Origin: Octopus bimaculoides
Taxonomy: Eukaryota
Direction: 5' to 3'
Length of the DNA stretch: 64,000 nucleotides
Assembly (NCBI RefSeq): GCF_001194135.2
Contig: NC_068983.1
Span: forward strand, 73,990,524 to 74,054,523
Shown: positions 1 to 12,537 of the stretch, piece after piece
Layout: every line of letters begins with the position of its first letter
Position numbering within the stretch: the first letter of the stretch is position 1
Translations under genes and position numbers: made by a program
Notes under the pieces: generated by a model
What the model saw: the letters and a program-made list of their open reading frames with translations, nothing else
Database searches by the model: none
What the model was told of the DNA's origin: nothing

Positions 1-622
1 GAATTGCTTGCATGCTGGACAAAATGGTTAGTTGCATTTCTTCAGATTTTATGTTTTGAGTTTAAATTCCCCTGAGGTTGACTTTACCTTTTATCCTTTT
101 AGCATCAATGAAATAAGTATGAGTTGAACACTGGGGCCAATGTAACTGATGACTCCCTCCCGCAAAATTTCAGACCTTGTGCATATGGAAGAAAGAATTA
201 ATTAGTGTTGGTTACTGAGTTTTCAATTTTATAACTAAATCCAACTTCCTACACAATAAATTTTTCTCATTATCATTTAGAATATAATGAGTAATTATTC
301 TCAAATAGATTTACTACTTCTGTCAGTTATATGAAATTTCATATTTTAGTAATTTTAACCATTGTTGGTGCCTAGACTCAGGCCAATTTTGATTGAGTAG
401 ACCTGTGATCAAAGACACTTCAGTTGTGAATGTCTCTTTGTATATCTATGAATACATTGTTCAGATTTTTACAACAGTAGGGTGTGAACTTTCTATTTCT
501 AGCAAACTGAGTGACTGCATAAAAGATTTTCTTATTGCCATATATTTGTAACTATTGTTGCTTGGCACCAGATCAGCTGTTATTAAGCAAATTTATAATG
601 AAACACATTCTAGGACACAGCA

Positions 623-1500
623 TACAAGGTGGTACCCAAACGAAACTGGAATTTTGCAATATTATTTGATTCACTTAGTTTTACATGTTTACGCTTTTAT
701 CACCTTCAAAGTATTCTCCATTTGAAGTAATGCATTAGTCCAGACACATTTTCCACTGTTCAAAGCAGTGCTGGAACTCTTGCAAAGTGATGGCTTTTAA
801 TGCCTCCGTTGTTTTTTCCTTCACCTCTTCTACATCTGGAAATTCTGTAGCACCAGTTTTGTTATCAGTGATGACCTTCGAAAAAAGGACTGGATCAAGT
901 TCAGTTCACGACATGCATTCGGTCATGACTGCTTTTGATCTTCCATGAGCAAGTGAGGCACAAATTTTGCTTCAACTCTTTTCACTTGCAATTCCTTATT
1001 CAAAATTTGTTGACAAGAGCTCCAGTACACACTGGTCATAACAAACTCATCAATTGTTTGGTGATGGTTCCTGAATTTTCATGATGTTTTCTTTCATTTG
1101 GGAGGTCGATGGCTGTCCTGAATGAAGTTGGTCTTCAAACAACAAGTGACCATTCCTAAAGCAGGGAAACTACTTGTAAGCTTGTGTTTTGCTCAAGGCA
1201 GTATCCTTGTAAGCTGTTTGAGATACGACAACTATTTTGGTCACCATTTTCCCCAGCAGAAAACAGAATTTCATGGAAGCATGCTGTTCCTTTGTTTCAG
1301 CCATTGCAAAAATTGACAAACAGGGAAGAAGCACTGTAAAATAAAAACACACCACATGGCAGTATGACACCACACGATGCTGCCGGTTGACAGACTGATG
1401 CTTGAGGGTCACATCACGTGGCGTCTAGCTGCAGAAGCCTGAACTACAACAAGTTTATCCCTCAGATAACATTTCCGGTTACTTTTGGGTACCCCTCATA
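623..1500 (-). mobile_element. Internally deleted mariner (Tc1/mariner) transposon
   Basis: Imperfect TIRs TA-CAAGGTGGTACCCAAACGAAACTGGAAT (623-652) and ATTTCCGGTTACTTTTGGGTACCCCTCA-TA (1471-1500). ORF 1170..1412(-) ends EQHASMKFCFLLGK...TAYKDTALSKTQAYK, the mariner transposase HTH N-terminus, and continues with stops. The catalytic half is largely missing. Confidence 0.85.
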
Positions 1501-2399
1501 TGTTTCACTACCCAATGTATGCTTTTTTTTTTATAATGATGCAATAGGAAGGAGATTGGGCTGTTGTTTCTTGCAGGTTAAATGACCACATAGAGGCTCT
1601 CACATTAGCTAGTATTTTAAGTTGTTCATTGTTATGTTGGCATATGGAAATACAACATAATAATACATGGGAATGAATCAGAGTTATTTTAAGGGAGATA
1701 GTTTTCATTTTTAGTTTTTAAATCCCTGGATGTAAGTTATAATTGCTAATTATAAATGCAAATAATGGCATCAAAATATTTTTATTCTCTATTTTTCAAA
1801 GAAATTTTTTACCAAAACAGAAAATAAAAGGAAAATACTTTTAAAAAGAATCAATATTCTCTCATTAAAAAGAATAAATAACTTGACTGAAATAGAAATA
1901 TATTTATCTATGATAGGAAAACTAATTGTCAGGAGATGGTGAAGAGAACAGACACACATACACACAGAGGCATGGATGTGTGGTAAGATATTTGCTTCCC
2001 AATGACATGATTTTCAGTTCAGTTCTACTGTATGTCAAACAAAATCACTCCAGAAGTAACCACAAAAATGACAGATATGTATTTCACTATAGTTGCAGCT
2101 GATCCATATGTACACGATGGACTGCCTCACAGTTTTCACTTATCAGATTTATTCACAAGGTATTGGTTGGCCTGAACACTTGCCCCTTCCCTCTATGTCA
2201 GCCTGACTGAGCAACTTTATGGTCTAAAGTGCTCCATCATTGATAATCTTGGCTTCCTATTCAGACATGATTGATCCTCTGTTGGTTTTGACAACTGTCA
2301 GTTGTTCAATTAACTAACCTAGCTGCTTATTAAAGTAACGTGTGAATGGCTGAATATCCCATCTATGACACATGTTTTCTTAATATAATTCTTCGGTAC

Positions 2400-2600
2400 C
2401 ACCGGACTGGCCCTCGTGCTGGTGGCATGTAAAAAGCACCCACTACACTCTCAGAGTGGTTGGCGTTAGGAAGGGCATCCAAATGTAGAAACTCTGCCAG
2501 ATCAGATTGGAGTTGGGTGTAGCCATCTGGTTCACCAGTCCCCAGTCAAATCGTCCAACCCATACTAGCATGGAAAGTGGACGTTAAATGATGATGATGC
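2400..2600 (+). mobile_element. RTE-type 3' tail fragment with (GAT)n end
   Basis: Same sequence type as the 3' end of the RTE LINE at 5115-5330 (CAACCCATGCTAGCATGGAAAGCGGACGTTAAATGATGATGAT). It recurs at ~3945-4310(-), 8620-8785, 15781-15892, 39400-39620(-), 41300-41510, 52625-52800(-), 59600-59745(-) and 60025-60200(-). Confidence 0.75.
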
Positions 2601-3075
2601 CAAATCAGTCAAGCACAATATGTGACAAAGCTGTTACAGTTCATCTTTATTCTTTTACTTGTTTCAGTCATTTGACTGTGACCATGCTGGAGCACCACCT
2701 GATGGGTTTCCACACAAAATTTCTTTCTACCCACTTTCACTCACAAGACTTACCACTTCATGCATGGTGCTACAGTTTAGCATGATGTCATGTGACTTTA
2801 TGGTTAGGGTGTTACACTCATGATTGCAAGATCATGGTTTCAATTCCATGACCAGCAGTAATTGTATTTTAGAGCAAAACACTTTATCTCATGCTCCTCC
2901 AGTCCCCTCAGCTGTAAATAGGTAATCCTGCAATGGATTGGAATTCTGTTGAGAAATAACATTGGCCTGCTTATCCAGCCAGTATGATGGCATCATTTTA
3001 AAGCTACAACAATGCAAGGAAGTGCAGTATCCATTAGTCTGGTTGATACAGTGATTACTGTGTAGTACTGTCATG

Positions 3076-3545
3076 TAGCTAGCTGTTAGTAGGTACCACA
3101 TGGTGGTATAGTTCTTTATAGTAAGCAGGGTACCATTTTGCTATAGTAAAGCAGCTGTTTCTTGGTATGTTATGGTGGTATAGTTCTCCATTGTAAGCAG
3201 GGTACTATTGTGCAATAGTAATGCAGCTGTTCATAGGTACCTCATGATGGTATAGTTTCCCATTGTAAGCAAGATACTATTGTGCTATAGTAATGCAGCT
3301 ATTCATACGTACCTCATGATATAGTTCTCCATAGTAAGCAGGGTACTATTTTGCTATAGTAATGCGGCTCTTCATAGGTACCTCATGGTGGCATGCTTCT
3401 CCATTGTAAGCAGGGTACTATTGTGCTATAGTAATGCAGTTGTTAGTAGGTACCTCGTGGTGGTATAGTTTTCCATAGTAAGCAGGGTACTATTGTGCTA
3501 CAGTAATGCAGTTGATAGCAGATGCCTCAAGATGGTATAGCTCTG
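3076..3545. repeat. 72-bp minisatellite, ~6.5 diverged copies
   Basis: The anchor GTAAGCA recurs at 3121, 3193, 3265, 3334, 3406 and 3478 (spacing 72,72,69,72,72). Consensus approx GCAGCTGTTCATAGGTACCTCATGGTGGTATAGTTCTCCATTGTAAGCAGGGTACTATTGTGCTATAGTAAT. The consensus has stops in all six frames. Confidence 0.95.
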
Positions 3546-4936
3546 CAGAATATCTATGTTAATATAACAAACTTAAGCTGTGTGGGAGAGGTGAGATTAT
3601 AAATATAATACACTTGGCTATGACAGTCATAATATTCAGATTCAGTAATAAATTGCAAGTCAGATTAACTGAAGCATTAGGAAACTATACACTACCTTGT
3701 AAGCTTGTTCTAAATCTGATATGGGTAGCATAGTCTTAATGTGTAAACAGAGAGGAAGGGGGCCTGGTAAACATAACTATTACAAAGTAATTATTGTGGT
3801 TCTTGAAAGATTCCTAGAAGCAAGCAAAATTACACTGTATAGGATAAGGTAACATGGGTAATACAAAAAATGATTTTCTATATATAAAGAGTGAATTTGG
3901 TAGAAGGAATCTGTGTGGAAGTCTATGATATATATACCATCTTCATTATCATCATCACCGTCATCAGTTAGCATCTGCTTTCCATGCTGGCATGGGTTAG
4001 ACGGTTTGACTGAAACTAGTAAGCTGGGAAGCTGAACGAAGTTCCAATCTGATTTGGCATGGTTTCTACAACTGGATGCCCTTCCTAAAGCCAACCACTT
4101 CAAGAGTGTAATGGGTGCTTTTTACGTGCCACTGGCATGGGTACCAGTTACATGGCACTGGTATCAGCCACAACTATGATTTCTCTAAGCTTGATGAGTC
4201 TTCTCAAGCACTGGCATATTGCCAAAGGCCTCAGTCACTTGTCATCACCTCTGTGAAGCCCAACGTTTGAAGGGTGCTTTTCACTAGCATAGGTGCCAGT
4301 TATGTGACATTGGCATCGTCTTTGTGTTTGTCTTTGACCCACACAGTGCTTAACAACTGGTTTTGGTTTTTATATGTCCTTGTAGCTTGGTGGTTTGGCA
4401 AATGTGACCAATAGAATAAGTAGCAAACTTAAAAAAGCAAAATAAGTACAAAGTGGTGCACCAGTATGGTTGCAGTCAAATGAATGAAACAAGTAAAAGA
4501 TAAAGATAGGAAAACATTGGACACATTAGGGGTTAATGATGCTAAAGAAAAGGTTTAAATAAGACCAAAACAATGTAAAAGATATGAAGGATAAAATCAA
4601 GACAAAACTCACAAAAATAGCAAGAAAAAATGGAGAAAACAAACTTCTCTGTGACCAGCATCCGGCAATATTCAACAGAAAGGAAGTGAAGCAATATTAA
4701 AGTCAGCAATAACTCAAAAGATCGGGAATAAATGTAAAAACAAATCTAATTTTAGATGTGTAAGATTAATACCGAAACCACGAAACAATGCTAAAATTAA
4801 GTAATAAAATGGAAATTCATGTCAACTGCTAACTATGCAATCATCAAAGTTTGCTGTTGACATAAATTAACATAATTTATGGGTGATTTTTGTAAAGACA
4901 AAATATATCCACATATATTATTAGGTAGCTATAATA

Positions 4937-5105
4937 GGTGCAGGAGTGGCTGTGTGGTAAGATGTTTGCTTCCCAGCCAAAATGGTTCCAAGTTGAGTCT
5001 CACTGTGTGACACCTTGGGCAAGTGTCTTCTACTATAGCATTGGGTTGACCAAAGTCTTGTGAGTGAATTTGGTGAATGGAAGATGAAGCAAGCTTGTTA
5101 TATAT
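4937..5105 (+). mobile_element. tRNA-derived SINE family A, 5' half
   Basis: Head GGAGTGGCTGTGTGGTAAG with B-box-like GTTGAGTC and CORE-like ACCTTGGGCAAGTGTCTT. Matches the full copies at 57154 and 61278. Confidence 0.75.
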
Positions 5106-5114
5106 ATGTATGTG

Positions 5115-7505
5115 TCATCATTATTATCATTTAACGTCCGTTATCCATGCTGGCATGGGTTGGATGGTTTGACTGGCCTGGCTCGCTGGAAGGCGTGAAG
5201 TATTCTTTACATGCCACCAGCATGGGTGCACTTGGCTTGATGGGTCCTCTCAAGCACAGCACATTGCCAAAAGTCTTGGTCACTAGTCATTGCCTCTGTG
5301 AGGCTCAAAGTTTGAAGATCATGCTTCATCACCTAGTTCCATGTCCTCCTGGGTCTACCTCTACAACAGGTTCCCTCCACAGTTAGATATCAGCACTTCT
5401 TTACATGGCTGTCCTCGTCCATATGCATCACATGACCATACCAGTGCAGTTGTCTCTCTTGCAAACCACATCTTATTCCTCTTATGCTTAACTTTTCTCT
5501 CAAGATGCTTACGTTCTGTTGAACATGCATACTGACATTACACATCCAGCGAAGCATATTGACTTCATTTCTTTCAAGCCTACGCATGTCCTCAGCTATC
5601 ACAGTCCATGTTTCACAGCCATGCAGCATTGCTGTTCGCACACAGGTATCAAACAATCTGCCTTTCATTCTGAGAGAGAGGCCTTTTGTTTCCAGCAGCG
5701 GTAGAAACTCTCTTAACTTTGCCCATCCTAATTTTATTCTCATAACTATGCTCTTGGAGCATCCACCTCCATTACTAACTTTGTTACCTAGATAACGAAA
5801 GCAGTTGATGGAGTCTATTTTCTGCTCATTTTCAGCGTTTATTGTACTTGTATATCTTTCAAATACAAAAGCTAGTTTCCCTATTAACCTTCCTCTGATA
5901 TTGCTGCTCCTTTTATGTGTCCAAAGCTTACACTGGGTGCATCTTATGGAGTTTCTCCCTACACCTTTTCTACAGTTTGAGCAGGACCATCTACCTGAAG
6001 GGATTTGTGATTTGTCTGTCTTCCTACTCACTAAGACTTTGGTTTTTGCTAGGTTAACTCTACAGCCCTTTGATTCTAGACATTGCTTTTATACCTGAAA
6101 CTTCTTTAGCTCAGGTAATGATTCAATTATATGAACAAGGTTATCGGCATAGATGAGCTCCCAAGGGCAGCCTGTCTTATATTCCTCTGCTATTGCCAGG
6201 AGGACTATGATGAATAAGAGGGGGCTGATCACCGATCCTTGGTGAACCCCTACCTGTACTCTGATTTCTTCACTGGACTCATTGCCAACCCTCACCTTAC
6301 TGGAAGCATCCCTATACATAGCTTGTACAGTTCTCACCAACTACTTGTCTATCCATAACTTCTGCATTGACCACCAGATAAGGGATCAGGAGACCCTGTC
6401 AAAGGCTTTCCCCAAGTCAACAAAGGCTAAGTACAGAGGTTTATCTTTGGCTATGTATTTCTCCTGCAGCTGTCTCACCAGAAATATAGCATCAGTAGTG
6501 GTTCTCCCTGGCACTAAACTAAACTGCTACTCATCTAAGTTAACTATCTTCCTAACTAGTTGGGCTATGGCTCTCTCCATAACTTTCATCACCTGACCCA
6601 GCAATTTGATACTTCTGTAATTATTTCTATCTTAAGCATCACCTTTACCTTTGTGGCAGTTGACGATGGTGCTGCTACACCAGTCATTGGATATGACTCA
6701 TTCATGAACCACCTGATGGTAACAATATAGGTACCTAGACTATAACACACATCGCAGATATTTTAAGCATCTCAGCAGTTATTCCTGATGGGCCAGGGGC
6801 TTTTTCTGTTTTCATATCCTTAATTGCTTTATCTACCAAGGAACTGTTGATTCAGGTAGCAGGTCCCTCAATTGGGTCAACATTTGGCAGACTTTCCTCC
6901 TCCCACTCATTCTCTGTGTTCAGCAATCTTTCATAATGGCATTTCCAAGCCTCCTTTTTTGCAGAATCATTACATGCAAGTGCACCATCATCCATATGGA
7001 CACGTTTCTCTCCTGTGACATCACAATTTTCTCTCACACACTGTCTTGCAATCCGAAACACTTTAGTTCTTTGGTCCTCATGTCACTGAACATTTCTTTT
7101 CTGCTTCTCCCTTGATTAGATATATTTGTATCCTAGCATCCCTTCTGGCAATCTGACACAGTACCCTGCTACCCCCATTCTTCCAGGCATTCCACTGGAA
7201 TTTTGCACCAGCCACTGATCTGGTCTGTGGCACTCATCAAGCTATTCCTCAACAATTCTCAGTTGCCCTCTATGTCACAAGTCTGTAGCTCCTCCTCCCT
7301 TTCATTTCTCAATTTCTCAGTTAGGATGTCCTTAAATCTCTGACCATATGAAAGGTCCTTTAGCTTCCAAATCCTTCTTTTCCAAATTGGTTTGCTTCTT
7401 GGCATCCTTTTGGCTTGGAGTCTAAAGTCACTTTTGACTAGACTATGCTGTGGGGTACATTCTTCACCAAGGAGGGACTTTGCATTTAGGAACAACCATG
7501 CATCC
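5115..7505 (-). mobile_element. 5'-truncated, decayed RTE-clade LINE (endonuclease C-end, RT, 3' UTR, (GAT)n tail)
   Basis: ORF 6089..6340 has GVHQGSVISPLLF...ELIYADNL (RT QG and YADD-like motifs). ORF 5390..6031 has FRYLG, GWAKLRE, CVRTAMLHGCETW and LHWYGHVMHM. ORF 6852..7061 has KKEAWKCHYERLLN. ORF 7259..7588 has LLGEECTPQHSLVKSDF (APE C-terminal PQH). Frameshifted between these segments. Confidence 0.95.
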
Positions 7506-7669
7506 TGCTGTTTGGTGAGAATGTATAAATATATATGTCTACATGTGTGTCTTTGTGTCAATATTTGTCCCCCATCATTGCTTGACAATTGGTATTGTTG
7601 TGTTTACATCCCTATAAGTTTGTGGTTTGACAAAAGTGACCGATAGAATAAGTACCAAGCTTTACAAAC

Positions 7670-7838
7670 TGTTGTGTGGACGACCCCAGGCGATAAGTAG
7701 GCTAGTCCACTATGTATAAATAGCTAGATGAAAAGTGTTGCGTAGAGCGAGCCACAGCCGTCGGTAGACTAGACATAGAGTTGTTGGAAGTGAGAGTTGA
7801 GTAGTTGTGTAGAGGTCATCCGCACGTGTGATATAACA
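7670..7838 (+). mobile_element. Short solo-LTR-like insertion inside a SINE A 3' body
   Basis: Starts TGTTG, ends TAACA, has internal TATAAATAG and retains CpGs. It interrupts the SINE between AAGTACCAAGCTTTACAAAC and AAAGAAAATAAGTTCTGTGGTCGATT, with an AAC/AAAC duplication at the junctions. Confidence 0.55.
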
Positions 7839-8130
7839 AACAAAGAAAGAAAATAAGTTCTGTGGTCGATTCGTTTCACTAAATTTCTTCAAGTTAGTGC
7901 CCCAGTATGACCACAGCTGAATGACTGAAACATGTAAATGATAAGAGATTGTAATTGCGTAACATGCAGATTCTTCCACATGCAAACTGATGATAAACAA
8001 TATCAATATAGTTTGAATCTAGTATGTATCAATGGCTATGATACTATGGAATATGTCGAGACTGATAAAGAGATAGAAAAAGAGCCACCCTGATATCATG
8101 AACACAGACCAAAATGAAACACTGTACATT

Positions 8131-8363
8131 TTTATTTCTTTATTGCCCACAAGGGGCTAAACATAAAGGGGACAAACAAGGACAGACAAAGGGATTAAGT
8201 CGATTACATCGACCTCAGTGCGTAACTGGTACTTAATTTATCGACCCCGAAAGGATGAAAGGGAAAGTCAACCTCGGCGGAATTTGAACTCAGAAGGTAA
8301 CAGCAGACGAAATACCGCTAAGCATTTCACCCGGCGTGCTAACGTTTCTGCCAGCTCGCCGCC
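8131..8363 (-). mobile_element. tRNA-derived SINE family B, LINE-tail variant, young full-length copy
   Basis: Reverse strand reads GGCGGCGAGCTGGCAGAAACGTTAGC...GAGTTCAAATTCC (B box)...TGTTTAGCCCCTTGTGGGCAATAAAGAAATAAA. Flanked by the direct repeat CTGTACATT (8122-8130 and 8363-8371). Same variant at 36421-36618(-) and 54165-54417(+). Confidence 0.9.
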
Positions 8364-8825
8364 TGTACATTCTGATAAGCATCATGATTTCTTTTAATCA
8401 AAATTCTTCTGGAAGATAACAGACATTACCAAAGTATAAGGACTTTGAGCTGGAAGTAATTGTACTAGTTGTAACTGGCAAATTAACCCTTTTATTGCAA
8501 AAATTAAATTTCATGGTTATTCCAGAAATGATCTTAAATATGTACCAAAAAATAGTTGAAAATAATTTAAAGCATCACTTAGTCGAGGTGATCTTAATTT
8601 TGGGAGCTATATGAAGAGAAAATGCACCCAGTACACTCTAAAGTGGTTGATGTTGGGAAGGGTATCCAGTTGAAGAAACTATGCCAAAGCAGACACTGGG
8701 ATATGACTCAGTCTTTCAACTTGTCAGATCCTGTCAAACCATTCAACTCATGCCAGCATGAAAGACAGATAGATGTTAAAAGATGATAATGACACACGTA
8801 TACACACACACACACACACACACAC

Positions 8826-10140
8826 GGCATTCAGGCTAAATTTGTCAAACGTTTATGCCACCTTTTTTTTCAGGAACAACTTAATATATTGGTGAAACAT
8901 CAATGGCATTGGAGAGCATAAAGATTAAAGATGTAGTTGAAAAGAAGTTAGCTGACATGGAGGACTGGAAGCCATCTGAATACTGGAAAAGAATTACCTG
9001 TATCATGATGATTTGTACTGGGTATCAAGATGCTGACATCATGACTCAGTGCTCTGTGAACAGTGTAAAGGCCGTAAGACATGACTTGGACAGCTGCAAT
9101 GAAGACTACAAAGCTGTAGGGGACAGAACAGGCATTCTGATTGAGTCTGCACACTGGAATTCATCCATCAACTGCAGGACAAGGTGATGGAAGATCTGAA
9201 AAGGGAATTCAGGATTTGGTGAGGGAGATGTATGTTGGAGTCACCACCATAAAGCTGGCCATGAATGAAGGCCTTCACTATCACTTGTACAAGAGGTACA
9301 AGAGATGAATTTTGATAGCTAAGGCCAATGCGAACCACTTGGTAAAGAAAAAACTCCTGAACAAGCTGAGACATCTTGTTGACCCAGGGATGATCTGGTT
9401 CTTCTCAAACAGAAAGAATTTCTGCCGGGAGCAGTTGCACAACATCCAGAACAACAGGTGGCTTACCTACAATCCATGTAATGACCCACATGTCATGAAA
9501 ACTAAGTTTCCCCAAAGTATGATGTGTCTCCAGTGAGGGTGATGCCATGTTGCCACACATCTTTGAACAGAGTCTTAGGCTCAATTCAAATGGCGATGTG
9601 AAGCTGCTGGAGATGAGATCAAACCCTGGCTGGAGAATGTTGCTGCTGAAAGGCAATATGTGTGGTACTAGGATTTAACTTTTTGCTATACCCCCAGAAA
9701 GAGTCAGAAGTGGTTGTCAGAGAATTTCTATGACTTTACCAGCCCCAATTTTTGGCCTCCTAATTCCTCTAATTCTGATCTTATGGATTACTATGTGGGG
9801 CATGGTTGAGAAAGACACCAACTACTTTGCCTGCAACACCAAGGTTGAACTGGTGGCCAAGATCAAGGTGTTGTTTGAAGATGTTCCCAGGGACACAGTG
9901 AAGAATGCCTGCCCCAGGCTCTGGAGCTGACTTGAAGCTGTTGTGGAAGCTGAGGGTTGCTACTTCGAGTAAACTGTTAGATCCTTGTGTATATATATAT
10001 GACAGGCTTCCTGCAGCATCTGTCTATCAAATTCACTCACCAGACATCAGTAAGCCAAAGGTTATAACAGAAGACGCTGACTTATCCAAAGTGGTGTACA
10101 GTGGGACCAAACCTGAAACTACATGACAATACCTGTACTT
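8826..10140 (+). mobile_element. Decayed Tc1/mariner-superfamily transposon resembling the maT (DD37D) group
   Basis: ORF 9312..9536 IWFFSNRKNFCREQLHNIQNNRWL...VMKTKFPQSMM. Downstream frames give KSQKWLSENFYDFTSP..WPPNS.DL..MDY and VEKDTN...CNTKVELVAKIK. N-terminal ORF 8903..9187. TIRs and the exact DD spacing could not be resolved, so the group assignment is by remembered similarity. Confidence 0.8.
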
Positions 10141-10204
10141 GTTTGTAAGTATCAAAAATTATTTAATTTCTAATGAGGAAGTTTAGAGTCAAGAAAATCT
10201 TATC

Positions 10205-10206
<2 letters not shown>

Positions 10207-10249
<43 letters not shown>
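10207..10249. repeat. (AT)n microsatellite
   Basis: Pure AT run. Comparable runs at 25096-25147, 45324-45352, 49915-49959, 50021-50058, 50597-50627 and 61468-61513, and (GT)n at 62129-62180. Several abut N gaps. Confidence 0.95.
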
Positions 10250-10253
<4 letters not shown>

Positions 10254-11511
10254 GAGAAAGAAGGAGGAATGTAAGAGAAAGAGAAAAAAGGGGGTGTATG
10301 AGTGGGGAGAGAAGATAACAGGGAAAGAAACTACTTCAAAAATATGAGAGAAGGGTTTTCAAAAGTGTCCTAATATTGTTTTTTATTCATAAAGATAAGG
10401 TTACTAACCTGAAATATAATTTAATTATTCTCATTGCTATGAGACTTTTAGATGAGACAGATTTTTGTATTTGAAACAGCAGAGAAACACTATATCTTTA
10501 TACAAAACGAGAAGCTAGTGGTAGTAATTAATATCTGACAGTTTGTATTAAAAACCCGTATTAAATGCACCAGTCTCGAACCAACTGACGATGATGATGG
10601 TGATGACGATGATGACATACCTCCACAGACACATTAACACATTTAACATTCCATCAGTACTCAAAATAAGACATCTCTCATTTACCCATACACTGAATAT
10701 TTTACACAATTAATACACGTCAACAGATGCCTATACTGTCCACCACAATCACCACTACCACCACACCACCACGATCACCACTACCACCACACCACCATCG
10801 TCACCAGTGCTAAACATATGAGTTTGAAACTAAAGGGAAAACAATATAAGTACATATTTTAAATTAACAGACAAAAATGTTATTAAAAGCTGTTAGTCAT
10901 GTGTTCAAAGAATTCATAAACTATACAAAAATGATAAAAGGCTTAATTTGTGTTTACATGATGCTATTGATGACAATGATAGTGGTGGTGGTGGCGGCAG
11001 AAGTGGTGGTGGTAGTGGTGGCGCTGATGATGACAGTATGATGATTGCAGTAATGCTAACAGTAGAAATGGTAATGCAGACTAACTGATCTGTGTTGTTG
11101 ATGATGACAAGTTGGATGATAAGAGAGAGTGTTGTATATATGTTGATAGCAATGTCGTTGTTGATTAGTCTCAAGTCAGCCATGATTGAGCAGACTTATG
11201 AGAAAAGGCACTCCAGTCATAACTATTGGACACTGTAGCAATTCTGCTGCATGTAAGAGCATTTTCTGTCAAAGGGATTATGTCTTTTGAACGAGTTATT
11301 TTATCTTTCTCACTCTCCAGCATTAGAAAGAAAGATATAAGGATAAAGAAGGAGGGATAGTGAAAGAGAGAGAAAGAAAGTGTAGAAGAGAGAGAAATGG
11401 TGTAGGTTGAATGATCACATAAAGGCACCCTTGGTTCATACTGTTGTTATCTAGGACAACATTTCGGTTTGTGTTTGTGTGTATGCATTTCTTTACACAT
11501 GTTATATCCAT

Positions 11512-11755
11512 GGGTGCATGGCTTAGTTGTTAGGGTGTTGCACTCATGATCTAGTAATCATGGTTTCAATTCCTAGACTGGGTGGTGCATTGTGTTCTTG
11601 AGCAAAACACTTCATCTCACATTGCTCTGCAATCACTTTGACACCTGATGCATGGCATCTGTTCAGGCAGTGTCGATTTGATGGAGAGAGTGAGTTAATG
11701 TGTAGCATGAACATTTGGTCACTATAAACAATTCATTTGTGCAGGTCATTCAACA
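11512..11755 (+). mobile_element. tRNA-derived SINE family C with CORE-like block
   Basis: GGTGCATGGCTTAGTTGTTAGGGTGTTGCACTCATGATC...GGTTTCAATTCC followed by TGTGTTCTTGAGCAAAACACTT. Related copies at ~2800-2960 and ~41985-42290. Confidence 0.65.
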
Positions 11756-11789
11756 AAAGCTCGTACATTGTCTTTGATGGCAGAGTCTA

Positions 11790-12135
11790 TTATTATATAC
11801 ATGATGGCCGTCCACTTGTGACCAAGGAAGACCATTGCTGACCATCACGAACATTGTGCGCTCTAGGACAAACTTATATTTTGCATTTGCGGCTCCATTG
11901 GTGGCTAATGGGCCCTGCTCTTGACATGCATACACAACTGCAAACATTGCAGACCAAGCTTTCCCTATTCACTATACGGGCCGTGCACTTTCGTGCAGCT
12001 CGCTTATGTTCTTCTTGCTGGATACATGCTCTCTCAAAAGTGTTGATCCCCTGTTTAACCTGCTTCCTCCATCTGTGGCGATGACACGCATTGTTCTCCC
12101 AGTCAGTGTCCTGCATATCACAGGCCTTTATATAC
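11790..12135 (-). mobile_element. Extreme 3' fragment of a second RTE-clade LINE with C-terminal C2H2 finger
   Basis: ORF 11874..12173: WENNACHRHRWRKQVKQG...KRAARK...LVCNVCSCVCMSRAGPISHQWSRKC, which resembles the RTE/BovB-like C-terminus (C-x2-C...SRxG(L)xSH). Confidence 0.75.
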
Positions 12136-12537
12136 ATACATACACATGCACACAGACATGCATGCATACACATATATACATATCATTCATTTGTTTATTT
12201 AATTAAAGCATCTAAATAAAGCTGGATTAGCCATGACAAACTGTCAAAGGTATATAAAACTCCTTAGGTATTAGAAAAAAATGAAAACAAAACTGACTTA
12301 AAAGAAGAAAAAGAGGGTGAAAACTACAGATTAAGAATAGTTAAATGTTTCTGTTGTTAGACCTTTTGGTATGAAGATCTTATTTGTGGTCAGTGGATCC
12401 TTGAAATAAATTGCATTTCTAATCATAGTAGCCATTTTAAGACATTTCAAAATGTTCTCTCTCTGACTGGTAATTTTTGCTTTGGAACAAAGAATGCCAG
12501 CACAAAGGTAATTTCATACAACCTCTTCATGAGAATA

